A DNA stretch of 64,000 nt from an uncultured Collinsella sp. GTDB lineage: Bacteria > Actinomycetota > Coriobacteriia > Coriobacteriales > Coriobacteriaceae. The DNA lies in assembly GCA_902497025.1 (NCBI GenBank), contig CABVDJ010000001.1:11323-75322 (forward strand). Direction: 5' to 3'. Position numbers and translations under genes: made by a program. A model generated the notes under the pieces. The model was not told where the DNA came from and did no database searches. It saw nothing but the letters and a program-made list of their open reading frames with translations. This document shows positions 1 through 8,724 of this stretch, in pieces; the first letter of the stretch is position 1, and each line of letters starts with the position of its first letter.

Positions 1-1133
1 GCCCCGACTGCCACCGTCCGCTCGAGCGCGTGCAGGAGGAGTCCTACTTCTTTAAGCTTTCCGCTTTCCAGGACAAGCTGCTCAAGCTCTATGACGAGCA
101 CCCCGACTTTGTCGAGCCCGCGTTCCGTATGAACGAGGTGCGCAGCTTTGTCGAGGGCGGCCTCAACGACCTTTCCGTGAGCCGTACGAGCTTTGATTGG
201 GGCATTCAGGTTCCGTTTGACGAGGGCCACGTGACCTATGTGTGGTTCGACGCGCTGCTCAACTATATGACGGCTGTCGGCTACGGTGTCGATACCGACG
301 AGGCCCGTGCCGAGCTGGCCTATCGCTGGCCCGCGCAGTTCCACATCGTGGGCAAGGACATCATCCGTTTCCACTGCGTCATTTGGCCGGCCATGCTCAT
401 GGCCATTGGCGAGGCCCTGCCCGAGCACGTCTTTGCCCATGGCTTCCTGACCGTGCGCAATGCCGAGACCGGTAAGGCCGAGAAGATGTCCAAGAGCCGT
501 GGCAACGCCATCGCCCCGCAGGATGTCATCGATATGCTGGGCGTCGAGGGCTATCGTTATTACTTTATGACCGATGTGGTCCCCGGTACCGACGGCGCCA
601 TCAGCTTCGACCGCATGGAGCAGGTCTACAACGCCGATTTGGCCAACAGCTGGGGCAACCTCATTTCGCGCTCGCTCAACATGAGCGGCAAGTATTTTGA
701 CGGTTGCGCGCCCGCCAAGCCCGCATCGTTCGATGCGTTCGACAACCCGCTGGCAAAGATCGCCGATGGTCTGGTCGAGCGCTACATGGCCAAGATGGAC
801 GTGCTCGATTACGGTGGAGCCAAGGACGAGGTCATGGAGCTCATCCACGCCGCCAACCACTACATCGAGGACTCCGAGCCTTGGGCACTTGCCAAGGACG
901 AGGCCAAGGCTGACGAGCTGGCGTTTGTGATCTACAACCTGCTCGAGGCCATCCGCATTGCCGCTCACCTGCTGATGCCGCTCATGCCCCAGACTTCTGC
1001 CGAGGCTCTGCGCCGCCTGTCCTGCGAGGACGAGGCCGCGAGCGACGACCTCAAGGGCATTTGCGCTTGGGGCCTGCTTGCTGGTGGTCAGCCCGTCGAG
1101 AAGGGCGATCCGCTGTTCCCGCGTCTGGCGTAG
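1..1133 (+). CDS. metG: methionine--tRNA ligase, C-terminal part (5' end outside window)
   Basis: The frame is open from nt 3 (..PDCHRPLEAVQEESYFFKL). The class-I KMSKS signature is present (EKMSKSRGN) and the C-terminus is helical like an anticodon-binding domain. Stop at 1131-1133. Confidence 0.9.
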   Translation, partial: PDCHRPLERVQEESYFFKLSAFQDKLLKLYDEHPDFVEPAFRMNEVRSFVEGGLNDLSVSRTSFDWGIQVPFDEGHVTYVWFDALLNYMTAVGYGVDTDEARAELAYRWPAQFHIVGKDIIRFHCVIWPAMLMAIGEALPEHVFAHGFLTVRNAETGKAEKMSKSRGNAIAPQDVIDMLGVEGYRYYFMTDVVPGTDGAISFDRMEQVYNADLANSWGNLISRSLNMSGKYFDGCAPAKPASFDAFDNPLAKIADGLVERYMAKMDVLDYGGAKDEVMELIHAANHYIEDSEPWALAKDEAKADELAFVIYNLLEAIRIAAHLLMPLMPQTSAEALRRLSCEDEAASDDLKGICAWGLLAGGQPVEKGDPLFPRLA

Positions 1134-1177
1134 TGACCGCGCGAGCGCCATATCGGCAATTTGCTGTTTAGCTGTAA

Positions 1178-1211
1178 GGGCATGGCCACCACGGTCCATG
1201 CCCTTTTGTTT
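1178..1211 (+). terminator. Rho-independent terminator after metG
   Basis: GGGCATGG..CCATGCCC stem followed by TTTTGTTT. Confidence 0.6.
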
Positions 1212-1243
1212 CAAGACGCCGCCATCATGCTAAGGAGGCAACC

Positions 1244-2104
1244 ATGACAACTTCGCCTTTGGCAAACCCCACGGCCACCAGGGAGCTGCTAGAGGAGTTT
1301 GGCCTTGCGACTAAGCATCGCCTGGGCCAGAACTTTCTAATCGACAATCATGTGATCGAGCGTATCTGCGAGCTTGCCGAGCTTGCAGGTGACGAGCGCG
1401 TACTCGAGGTGGGTCCGGGTTGCGGCACGTTGACACTTGCGTTGCTGCAGGAGGCGGCGTGCGTTACGTCGATCGAGGCCGATCCCGAGCTTGAGCCGGT
1501 GCTTGACGCCCACGCCGCCGACTATGCCAACTTCCGCTTTATCATGGGCGATGCGCTCAAGGTGGGCCCGGAGCAGATTGAGCAGGTTGCGGGCGGTACG
1601 CCGACGGTGTTTGTCGCGAATCTGCCCTACAACGTGGCGGCGACGATCATCCTTCAGTTCTTCCAGACGATGCCCGCGCTTAAGCGCGCTGTCGTCATGG
1701 TTCAAAAGGAGGTTGCCGATCGCATTGCCGCAACGCCCGGTAACAAGACCTATGGCGGCTACACGGCAAAACTCGGCCTGTACGCGCAGGTGACGGGTCG
1801 CTTTGAGGTGCCGCCGCGTTGCTTTATGCCGGCGCCGCACGTGGACTCGGCCGTCGCGCGTATCGACCGTGTTGACGGCGTGGTGCCCGAGGGGCTCGAT
1901 CGCGAATTTGTGGCCCGCGTGATTGATGCTGCATTTGCTCAGCGTCGCAAGACCATCCGCAATTCCATGAGCGCCAACGGCTTTGCCAAGGACGTGCTCG
2001 ATGCTGCCTTTGAGGCTTGCGGTATTGCACCCACCACGCGCGCCGAGACGCTTGATGTTGCTGACTTTGTCCGTCTGGCCCAGGAGCTAATCCATGATGC
2101 CTAA
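1244..2104 (+). CDS. rsmA: 16S rRNA (adenine1518/1519-N6)-dimethyltransferase
   Basis: 286 aa with a SAM-binding loop (LEVGPGCGTLT) and the NLPYN motif typical of KsgA/RsmA. AAGGAGG RBS lies upstream of the ATG. Confidence 0.9.
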   Translation: MTTSPLANPTATRELLEEFGLATKHRLGQNFLIDNHVIERICELAELAGDERVLEVGPGCGTLTLALLQEAACVTSIEADPELEPVLDAHAADYANFRFIMGDALKVGPEQIEQVAGGTPTVFVANLPYNVAATIILQFFQTMPALKRAVVMVQKEVADRIAATPGNKTYGGYTAKLGLYAQVTGRFEVPPRCFMPAPHVDSAVARIDRVDGVVPEGLDREFVARVIDAAFAQRRKTIRNSMSANGFAKDVLDAAFEACGIAPTTRAETLDVADFVRLAQELIHDA

Positions 2105-3011
2105 TGCCGAACGTGTGACGTTTACCAAGAAAAAGAAGACGGTTGCTTGTCCCGTGCCCTTGGCACCGCTTGCCGACACGCATGCGCATCTACTTTCGTT
2201 CTGGGGCAAGGATGTGCCTGAGACGCTCGTGCGTGCCAAGGCGGCAGGCGTCGACCTGTTGGTGACGATGCTCGACCCCATCGCTGACAAACGCAGCGTG
2301 ACGGACTATAGCGACTGGCTCGTGCGCGAAATTCTGCCGATGCAGGATATCCCGCAGATCAAGTATCTTGCCGGCGTGCATCCGTATGGCGCACCGGACT
2401 ATACCGACGACGTTCACGCACAGGTCGTTGCCGCGCTCGATGATTCCTTATGCGCCGGTATTGGCGAAATCGGCCTGGACTACCACATGGACTATGACGA
2501 CGATATCGCGCCGGCACCCCATAACGTGCAGATTGACTGCATGGCGCGTCAGCTCGAGCTTGCCGTGTGCCGTAACGTGCCGGTGGAGCTGCATCTGCGC
2601 CACGAGGACACGGACCATGAGCGCACCTCGCACGTTGATGCGTACAACGTGCTTCGTGAGGTGGGCGTGCCCCAGGCCGGTTGTGTGCTGCACTGCTTTG
2701 GCGAGGACCGCGCCACGATGGAGCGCTTTGTGGAGCTGGGCTGCTATATCGCCTATGGTGGTGCGGCCACCTTTAAGCGCAACGACGACGTGCGCGAGGC
2801 ATTTGCGGCAACCCCACTCGATCGAATTTTGTTCGAGACGGATTGCCCGTATATGGCTCCGGAGCCCATCCGCGGTCTTGAATGCGAGCCCGCAATGATC
2901 TCCATTACGGCAAACGCGCTGGTTAACGACCGTGTCGATCGCACTGGTGAGGACGCCGAAACAATCGCGCAAGCCGCTTGGGAGAATGCCTGCAAACTTT
3001 TTCAAAAATAG
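2094..3011 (+). CDS. TatD-family metal-dependent hydrolase
   Basis: 305 aa with TatD-type motifs DTHAHL, GEIGLDYH, HCF and ETDCPYMAP. Overlaps the rsmA stop by 11 nt, suggesting operon coupling. Confidence 0.85.
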   Translation: MMPNAERVTFTKKKKTVACPVPLAPLADTHAHLLSFWGKDVPETLVRAKAAGVDLLVTMLDPIADKRSVTDYSDWLVREILPMQDIPQIKYLAGVHPYGAPDYTDDVHAQVVAALDDSLCAGIGEIGLDYHMDYDDDIAPAPHNVQIDCMARQLELAVCRNVPVELHLRHEDTDHERTSHVDAYNVLREVGVPQAGCVLHCFGEDRATMERFVELGCYIAYGGAATFKRNDDVREAFAATPLDRILFETDCPYMAPEPIRGLECEPAMISITANALVNDRVDRTGEDAETIAQAAWENACKLFQK

Positions 3012-3054
3012 TTCTTGCGTTCGTGGTGGCGCTCCGTTATTCTAATTCCTGCAC

Positions 3055-3141
3055 GCGGGCGTGGCGGAATTGGCAGACGCGTACGGTTCAGGTCCGTATG
3101 GGGGCAACCCCATGAAGGTTCAAGTCCTTTCGCCCGCACCA
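3055..3141 (+). tRNA. tRNA-Leu (anticodon CAG)
   Basis: Acceptor GCGGGCG/CGCCCGC, anticodon loop TTCAGGT, long variable arm, T-loop GGTTCAAGTCC, encoded CCA. Confidence 0.9.
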
Positions 3142-3152
3142 TTGATTGAAAG

Positions 3153-3178
3153 AGCTCCCAGCAATGGGAGCTTTTTTG
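3153..3178 (+). terminator. Rho-independent terminator after tRNA-Leu
   Basis: AGCTCCCA..TGGGAGCT stem followed by a T-run. Confidence 0.6.
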
Positions 3179-3228
3179 TTATGGGCCGTTTTGGCAGATT
3201 TGACATATCGATTTCGCGCGGTAGATGT

Positions 3229-3455
3229 CCCTGTGGTCAAAAAGTGGCAAATATGAGTACTGACATGAAAATAGAGACATTTCATGAAGCTATTTTTGCT
3301 CATTTTGCGCAACAGATGTACGCTAATTTGGCTCAACCTTGAGACAAAATGAAGTAATTTCGATAGACCTCGGGTTCAACGAGGCGATTTTGACCCAAAT
3401 ACGCTGTTACTAAACTGGTAACAGTACTCATATTTGGCCTTTTTTGACCACGGGT
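3229..3455. mobile_element. MITE-like non-autonomous element, copy 1 (about 227 bp, about 33-bp terminal inverted repeats)
   Basis: Left end CCCTGTGGTCAAAAAGTGGCAAATATGAGTACTG (3229-3262). Right end CAGTACTCATATTTGGCCTTTTTTGACCACGGG (3422-3454), which is its near reverse complement. A second copy with the same ends lies at 52420-52647. There is no credible internal ORF. Confidence 0.6.
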
Positions 3456-3528
3456 CCTCTTGTTGGTGTCACACAGCTGCTTCGTGCGGGTATCCTAATG
3501 CCAACGTGTGCCTATCAGAGGAGAGACC

Positions 3529-4467
3529 ATGCTGTTGTCCGGTATCATCGCTGCCCTTACCAGCCTTTTGATTCCCATCATCATTCTGTTGCTGCTGCTT
3601 CCCAACGCCTGCTACGTCGTTGAACAGCAGCATGCCGTGATCATCGAGCGTCTGGGCAAGTTTAACCGCATCGTCAACGCGGGCTTCCACATGAAGGTGC
3701 CCGTGATCGACCGCAAGGCCGCCACGGTGAGTCTGCGAACCATGAAAAACGGTTTTGGCATCGACGTTAAGACCCAGGACAACGTGACCATCGGCCTTGA
3801 GGTCTCTGCTCAGTACCACGTGAGCTATGACATGGGCGCCGGCCCGGCAGATTCGGGCATCTACAAGAGCTACTATATGCTGCAGGAGCCCGTCGACCAG
3901 ATGCGTGACTTCATCACCGACGCCCTGCGCTCTTCGATTCCCGTCTACACACTCGATGAGGTCTTTGCCAAGAAGGATGACATCGCCAAGGATGTCAACG
4001 CTACCGTTTCCGAGCAGATGGCCGCCTACGGCTTCACCCTCGTGTCGACGCTCATCACCAAAATCGCACTGCCGACCGAGGTTGAGAACTCCATGAACGA
4101 CATCAACGCTGCCCAGCGCAAGCGCGCTGCCGCGCAGGAGCTCGCCGAGGCCGACCGCATCAAGCGCGTCACCGAGGCGACCGCCGAGGCCGAGGCTATG
4201 GAAAAGGCGGGCGAGGGCATCGCCAACCAGCGCAAGGCCATCGCGCTGGGTATCAAAGATTCGCTCGAGATCATCCAGGAGACGGGTGTCGGCAATGACG
4301 AGGCCAACCAACTGTTCATGTTTACGCAGTGGTCCGAGATGATGACGGAGTTCGCTCGCACGGGTAAAACCTCGACGGTCGTGCTGCCGAGCGACTTTTC
4401 GCAGTCGGCCTCGATGTTCGAGCAGATGCTGGCCGCCGGCAAAGTTCAAAACGATTCGAAGGAGTAG
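3529..4467 (+). CDS. SPFH/band-7 (stomatin/prohibitin-like) membrane protein
   Basis: N-terminal TM helix, then an SPFH-type core and an Ala/Glu-rich coiled C-terminus. The ATG at 3529 follows AGAGGAGAG and is preferred over the GTG at 3508 in the track. Confidence 0.85.
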   Translation: MLLSGIIAALTSLLIPIIILLLLLPNACYVVEQQHAVIIERLGKFNRIVNAGFHMKVPVIDRKAATVSLRTMKNGFGIDVKTQDNVTIGLEVSAQYHVSYDMGAGPADSGIYKSYYMLQEPVDQMRDFITDALRSSIPVYTLDEVFAKKDDIAKDVNATVSEQMAAYGFTLVSTLITKIALPTEVENSMNDINAAQRKRAAAQELAEADRIKRVTEATAEAEAMEKAGEGIANQRKAIALGIKDSLEIIQETGVGNDEANQLFMFTQWSEMMTEFARTGKTSTVVLPSDFSQSASMFEQMLAAGKVQNDSKE

Positions 4468-4473
4468 ACGCGC

Positions 4474-4944
4474 GTGAAATACACCGTCGTTTGCGTCGGT
4501 AAGCTCAAGGAGCGCTTTTGGAAGGACGCGTGCGCTGAGTACACCAAGCGCCTAGGTGCCTATGCCAAGGTGGATATCCGCGAGGTGGCCGATATCGACC
4601 CGGCTAAGGCGGGCGGCGTGGATGCCGCGCGCGACAAGGAGGGGGCGGCGATTCTTGCCGCCTTGCCATCTCGAGCGCATGTGATCCTGCTGGCTATCGA
4701 GGGCAAGGAGCGCTCGAGCGAGGAGTTTTCGGCGAGGCTCGACGATCTTATGCTGCGAGGCAGCAGCGACATTGCCTTTGTAATCGGCGGTTCGGACGGC
4801 GTGAGTGATGACGTGCGCGCACGAGCCGACGAGATGCTCAGCTTTGGACGCATTACCTTGCCGCATAACCTGGCGCGTGTGGTGCTGCTGGAGCAGATTT
4901 ACCGTGCCTGCAAGATCAGTCGTGGCGAGCCGTATCACAAATAG
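4474..4944 (+). CDS. rlmH: 23S rRNA (pseudouridine1915-N3)-methyltransferase
   Basis: 156 aa with SPOUT-type RlmH layout (MKYTVVCVGKLKE... IGGSDG ... GEPYHK). GTG start lies 9 nt after AAGGAG. Confidence 0.9.
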   Translation: MKYTVVCVGKLKERFWKDACAEYTKRLGAYAKVDIREVADIDPAKAGGVDAARDKEGAAILAALPSRAHVILLAIEGKERSSEEFSARLDDLMLRGSSDIAFVIGGSDGVSDDVRARADEMLSFGRITLPHNLARVVLLEQIYRACKISRGEPYHK

Positions 4945-5017
4945 GTCGGCAATACGAAACAATGGCGTGGGACAATACCTTTCGTTTTGAGGAATGTGTC
5001 TGAAAGGACTATGCGAT

Positions 5018-5788
5018 ATGAAGATTGGATTTGTCGGTTTTGGCAATATGGCGAGCGCTATGGCCGATGGCTGGATCGCTGCCGGTGTAGCTGCGAGCGA
5101 CATGTGCGCCTGCGCGGGTCGCTACGACGCACTGGTTGAGCGCTGCGAGGCGCGCGGCATGGTCGCCTGCCACGATGCCGCCGAGGTTGTCGCCGCATCC
5201 GATATCGTGGTCGCTGCGGTCAAACCGTACATGATCGAGAAGGTATTCGCCCCGCTTAAGGATGCTCTTGCCAAAAAGGTCGTTCTGTCGGTTGCCTGGA
5301 CCTGGGACAGTGCCAAGTGGGAGCAGGTCCTGCCGGGCGTCGCGCATATCTCGACGGTGCCCAACACGCCGGTTTCGGTGGGCGAGGGCGTCATCGCCTG
5401 CGAGAAGGCTTCGACGCTTAACGACGAGCAGCGTGCTGTGGTGCTCGACCTGCTCGGTAAGCTTGGCGCTGTCGTCGAGCTCGATACGAGCCTGCTGTTC
5501 GTGGGCGGCACGGTGGGTGGTTGCGCTCCGGCATTTGTCGCTATGGCAATCGAGGCCCTGGGCGATGCAGCGGTCAAGCACGGTATCCCGCGTGCTGATG
5601 CCTATCGCATTGTGAGCCAGATGGTGCTGGGTACGGCAAAGCTGCAGCTCGCAACCGGTCAGCATCCCGCAGCGATGAAGGATGCCGTGTGCTCGCCCGG
5701 CGGTGCCACCATCAAGGGCGTCGTCGCGCTCGAGGACGCCGGCATGCGCAGCGCCCTGGTCAAGGCAATCGACGCAACCCTCCAGTAA
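5018..5788 (+). CDS. proC: pyrroline-5-carboxylate reductase
   Basis: Rossmann start MKIGFVGFGNMASAM and the P5CR C-terminal signature SPGGATIKG. The ATG at 5018 is preferred over 4994. Confidence 0.9.
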   Translation: MKIGFVGFGNMASAMADGWIAAGVAASDMCACAGRYDALVERCEARGMVACHDAAEVVAASDIVVAAVKPYMIEKVFAPLKDALAKKVVLSVAWTWDSAKWEQVLPGVAHISTVPNTPVSVGEGVIACEKASTLNDEQRAVVLDLLGKLGAVVELDTSLLFVGGTVGGCAPAFVAMAIEALGDAAVKHGIPRADAYRIVSQMVLGTAKLQLATGQHPAAMKDAVCSPGGATIKGVVALEDAGMRSALVKAIDATLQ

Positions 5789-5797
5789 AACCTGCTA

Positions 5798-5941
5798 TTT
5801 AGGGACAGGTTTATGTTGGCAGGTTTTTCCTGCGGTTTTGTCCTTTTAGCGAAAAGCGCCCCGCAACTGGCTCAATTCCAGTTGCGGGGCGCTTGCGTTT
5901 GCTCGGATAAAACCGACCAAAATAAACCTGTCCCTTTTTGG
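5798..5941. repeat. Small MITE-like palindromic element (about 144 bp) with a central GC hairpin
   Basis: Imperfect terminal inverted repeats: AGGGACAGGTTTATGTTGGCAGGTTTTT (left) versus AAAACCGACCAAAATAAACCTGTCCCT (right). The central hairpin GCGCCCCGCAACTGG..CCAGTTGCGGGGCGC probably also terminates proC. The right end recurs alone at 56222-56257. Confidence 0.45.
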
Positions 5942-5945
5942 CGGG

Positions 5946-6119
5946 TTAGTCCCAGAAGCTGTCTTCTTCGTCCTCGGATTTGGGGCCGCGGTCGACATAC
6001 ATCTTATGGGTGCGCTTCTCCATTACAAAGGCAATAATCGCAAACAGCAGGATGCCGCCGGCGAAAAGGATGGCAAAACCGGTGCGGGTGCCAAACAAAA
6101 AGGAAAAAACTGCGTCCAT
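5946..6119 (-). CDS. small hydrophobic protein, 57 aa (below the ORF-track cutoff)
   Basis: My own translation: MDAVFSFLFGTRTGFAILFAGGILLFAIIAFVMEKRTHKMYVDRGPKSEDEEDSFWD. It has one TM helix and an acidic tail, GC3-rich codons like its neighbours, and a weak AAGAAGG RBS. Confidence 0.45.
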   Translation of the reverse strand: MDAVFSFLFGTRTGFAILFAGGILLFAIIAFVMEKRTHKMYVDRGPKSEDEEDSFWD

Positions 6120-6230
6120 TGGGTGCCTTCTTGCGTAGTTGAGTTGGGTCGTAAACGCTCATAAGTATATACTTGCCCATACATGTACAAGGTTGCAACC
6201 TAAATGGAATGTATATCGCCGGAGGATCTA

Positions 6231-7514
6231 ATGCTTGATATCAAGTTTGTTCGCGAGAACCCCGATGCCATCGATGTCGCCATGGCTAACCGCCAGACGT
6301 CTTGGGATCGCGAGAAGTTCTTTGAGCTCGACGACGAGCGTCGTGCCGTCATCACCGAGGTTGAGGAACTTCAAGCCACGCGCAATGCCGAGTCTAAGAA
6401 GATCGGCGCCCTGATGAAGGAGGGCAAGAAGGACGAGGCCGAGGCCGCCAAGGAGGCCGTGCGCGCCGTCAACGAGAAGATTGACGGTCTGGCCGAGCGC
6501 CGTACCGCCCTCGAGCAGGAGCAGTACGACTTCATGGCTCACTTGCCCAACATTCCGTGCGAGGCTACCCCGTACGGCAAGGACGAGGATGAGAACATCG
6601 AGCGCCGTCGTTGGGGCACCCCGCGCGAGTTCGACTTCGACTTTAAGCCGCACTGGGATCTGGGCACCGACCTCGACATCCTTGACTTCGAGCGTGGCAA
6701 CAAGCTCTCCGGCAGCCGCTTCACCGTTCTCGGTGGCGCCGGCGCCCGTCTTGAGCGCGCCCTCATCAACTTCTTCCTCGATACGCACACCAGCCGTGGT
6801 TTTAAGGAGTGGTGGCCGCCCATCGTCGTCAAGCGTCAGACCATGTTCGGCACGGGCCAGCTGCCCAAGTTCGAGGACGACGCCTATCACGTCTCGGGCG
6901 ACAACTTCCTGATCCCCACCGCCGAGGTCGTGCTCACCAACCTGCACGCCGGTGAGGTCCTCGACGCCGATACCCTGCCGCGCCGCTACACCGCCTTCAC
7001 CCCCTGCTTCCGCGAGGAGGCCGGCTCCGCTGGTCGCGATACCCGCGGCATCATTCGCCAGCACGAGTTCGACAAGGTCGAGATGGTAAAGTTTGCCAAG
7101 CCGGAGGAGTCCGACGAGGAGCTCGAGAGCATGACCGCCGAGGCCGAGTTCCTGCTGCAGCAGCTGGGTCTTCCGTATCGCGTGATTAGCCTGTGCACCG
7201 GCGACCTGGGCTTCTCCGCCCGTCAGACCTACGACGTCGAGGTCTGGCTGCCGAGCTACAACGCCTACAAGGAGATCAGCTCCTGCTCCAACTGCGGTGA
7301 CTTCCAGGCCCGTCGCGCCAACATCAAGTATCGCGACCCCGAGAACTTCAAGGGTTCGCGCTATCTGCACACCCTCAACGGTTCCGGTCTGCCGGCTGGC
7401 CGTACCATGGCAGCCATTCTGGAGAACTACCAGAACGCCGACGGCACCATCACGATCCCCGAGGTTCTGCGTCCCTACATGGGCGGCCTCGAGAAGATCG
7501 AGCCGGTCGCGTAG
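6231..7514 (+). CDS. serS: serine--tRNA ligase
   Basis: N-terminal coiled-coil arm plus a class-II core ([30 protein letters not shown]). The ATG at 6231 follows GGAGGA. Confidence 0.95.
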   Translation: MLDIKFVRENPDAIDVAMANRQTSWDREKFFELDDERRAVITEVEELQATRNAESKKIGALMKEGKKDEAEAAKEAVRAVNEKIDGLAERRTALEQEQYDFMAHLPNIPCEATPYGKDEDENIERRRWGTPREFDFDFKPHWDLGTDLDILDFERGNKLSGSRFTVLGGAGARLERALINFFLDTHTSRGFKEWWPPIVVKRQTMFGTGQLPKFEDDAYHVSGDNFLIPTAEVVLTNLHAGEVLDADTLPRRYTAFTPCFREEAGSAGRDTRGIIRQHEFDKVEMVKFAKPEESDEELESMTAEAEFLLQQLGLPYRVISLCTGDLGFSARQTYDVEVWLPSYNAYKEISSCSNCGDFQARRANIKYRDPENFKGSRYLHTLNGSGLPAGRTMAAILENYQNADGTITIPEVLRPYMGGLEKIEPVA

Positions 7515-7538
7515 ATTGGCTGCATAAGCGATTTGCTA

Positions 7539-7567
7539 GGGCACTCCTTTTTGGGGTGCCCTTTTTG
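7539..7567 (+). terminator. Rho-independent terminator after serS
   Basis: GGGCACTCC..GGGGTGCCC stem followed by TTTTT. Confidence 0.6.
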
Positions 7568-7685
7568 TGTGCGGCCATACCATGCTGTGCGGACAGCTCA
7601 ATAGAAAACACACGAACAACTGTTCTGTATACAGCCATCTACCTGCTATGCTTTTGCTAAATAAGAGCGAGAGAAAGGGGACGCG

Positions 7686-8063
7686 ATGGAGCTGTTTGAT
7701 GATCGGGTGGTTTTGTTTGAGAGCGACGAGGGCGGGGAGTACCTGCTTGTGACGTGTGAGCCGTCTGGCATGGGTGGCCTGGTGGTTCGACAGACGAGCG
7801 AGGGGCCGTTGACGCAATGGTGCTACGAGGAGTCGCCTCATGTGGTTGAGACGTTTGTGGCGCACGAGGGGCTTGTGGCCCTAGAGCATTTCTATGGGGT
7901 CCAGACATCTAATCAGGTTGCTCGCATGTTGAGCATCTCGTTTGCCGATTATGATTGTGCCCAGCGGGTGAGATCGCTCCTGAGGGAACTTGATGCTAAG
8001 TTTGACGTGATCGAAAAGCCAATCGATCGTACGGGGAATGGCGGTATATGCGGAGCAGCATGA
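7686..8063 (+). CDS. hypothetical small acidic protein (125 aa)
   Basis: ORF with a good RBS (GAAAGGGGA). No motif I recognise. Lies in a lower-GC intergenic neighbourhood. Confidence 0.55.
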   Translation: MELFDDRVVLFESDEGGEYLLVTCEPSGMGGLVVRQTSEGPLTQWCYEESPHVVETFVAHEGLVALEHFYGVQTSNQVARMLSISFADYDCAQRVRSLLRELDAKFDVIEKPIDRTGNGGICGAA

Positions 8064-8099
8064 CAAGACTGCGTTCCACAAAAAAGTTTGAAATTGTGC

Positions 8100-8130
8100 T
8101 TGACTCCAATAAGCTAAAGTGGTTTTATAT
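8100..8130 (+). promoter_or_regulatory. putative promoter of tRNA-Arg copy 1
   Basis: TTGACT at 8100-8105 and an AT-rich -10 (TTTTATAT) ending about 10 nt before the tRNA 5' end. Confidence 0.45.
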
Positions 8131-8140
8131 GTCTTGCGCT

Positions 8141-8217
8141 GCGGCGTTACCTCAGCTGGATAGAGGGTCTGACTACGAATCAGAACGTCATAGGTTCGAA
8201 TCCTATACGCCGCACCA
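8141..8217 (+). tRNA. tRNA-Arg (anticodon ACG), copy 1
   Basis: Acceptor GCGGCGT/ACGCCGC, anticodon loop CTACGAA, T-arm ATAGGTTCGAATCCTAT, encoded CCA. Followed by its own hairpin and T-run. Confidence 0.9.
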
Positions 8218-8340
8218 ATTGAAATTGAAAGCCTCCGGCAACGGGGGCTTTTCTTTTAGGCGGACGCCGCATGGATTCGAACCTCGGTCGAGGCACGAAC
8301 AACTTAATTATCACTCCGTAAAATTTTTTCTAATTGTCGC

Positions 8341-8370
8341 TTGACCCATCGGGGGCTCGCGTGCATAATA
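8341..8370 (+). promoter_or_regulatory. putative promoter of tRNA-Arg copy 2
   Basis: TTGACC (8341-8346), 17-nt spacer, then TGCATAAT (8362-8369), 12 nt before the tRNA. Confidence 0.55.
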
Positions 8371-8381
8371 ATCCGTGCGTT

Positions 8382-8458
8382 GCGGCGTTACCTCAGCTGG
8401 ATAGAGGGTCTGACTACGAATCAGAACGTCATAGGTTCGAATCCTATACGCCGCACCA
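8382..8458 (+). tRNA. tRNA-Arg (anticodon ACG), copy 2
   Basis: 77 nt identical to copy 1. Own terminator hairpin AGCCTCCGGTAACGGAGGCT plus T-run. Confidence 0.9.
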
Positions 8459-8606
8459 ACTGTACTTTAAAGCCTCCGGTAACGGAGGCTTTTCTTATAT
8501 GTCGACATACTTGAGGAGTTGCTTTCGCCGTGTTTGAAAGTATCGAGTCGATCGACTGCATCAAATGAGTAAAAATCAAATTCGATAACTTTTTTTGAAA
8601 AAATGC

Positions 8607-8636
8607 TTGACCATTATTCAGTCCCTGTGCATAATA
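8607..8636 (+). promoter_or_regulatory. putative promoter of tRNA-Arg copy 3
   Basis: TTGACC (8607-8612), 17-nt spacer, then TGCATAAT (8628-8635). Same layout as copy 2. Confidence 0.55.
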
Positions 8637-8647
8637 ATCAACAAGTC

Positions 8648-8724
8648 GCGGCGTTACCTCAGCTGGATAGAGGGTCTGACTACGAATCAGAACGTCATAG
8701 GTTCGAATCCTATACGCCGCACCA
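8648..8724 (+). tRNA. tRNA-Arg (anticodon ACG), copy 3
   Basis: 77 nt identical to copies 1 and 2. Own terminator hairpin AGCTCCCGGCAACGGGGGCT plus T-run. Confidence 0.9.

Noticed and set aside
3229-3455. Target-site duplication for the MITE-like element (GTCC on both sides of copy 1).
   Set aside because: The 4-nt match depends on where the element ends are drawn and is not reproduced at copy 2, so no TSD is claimed.
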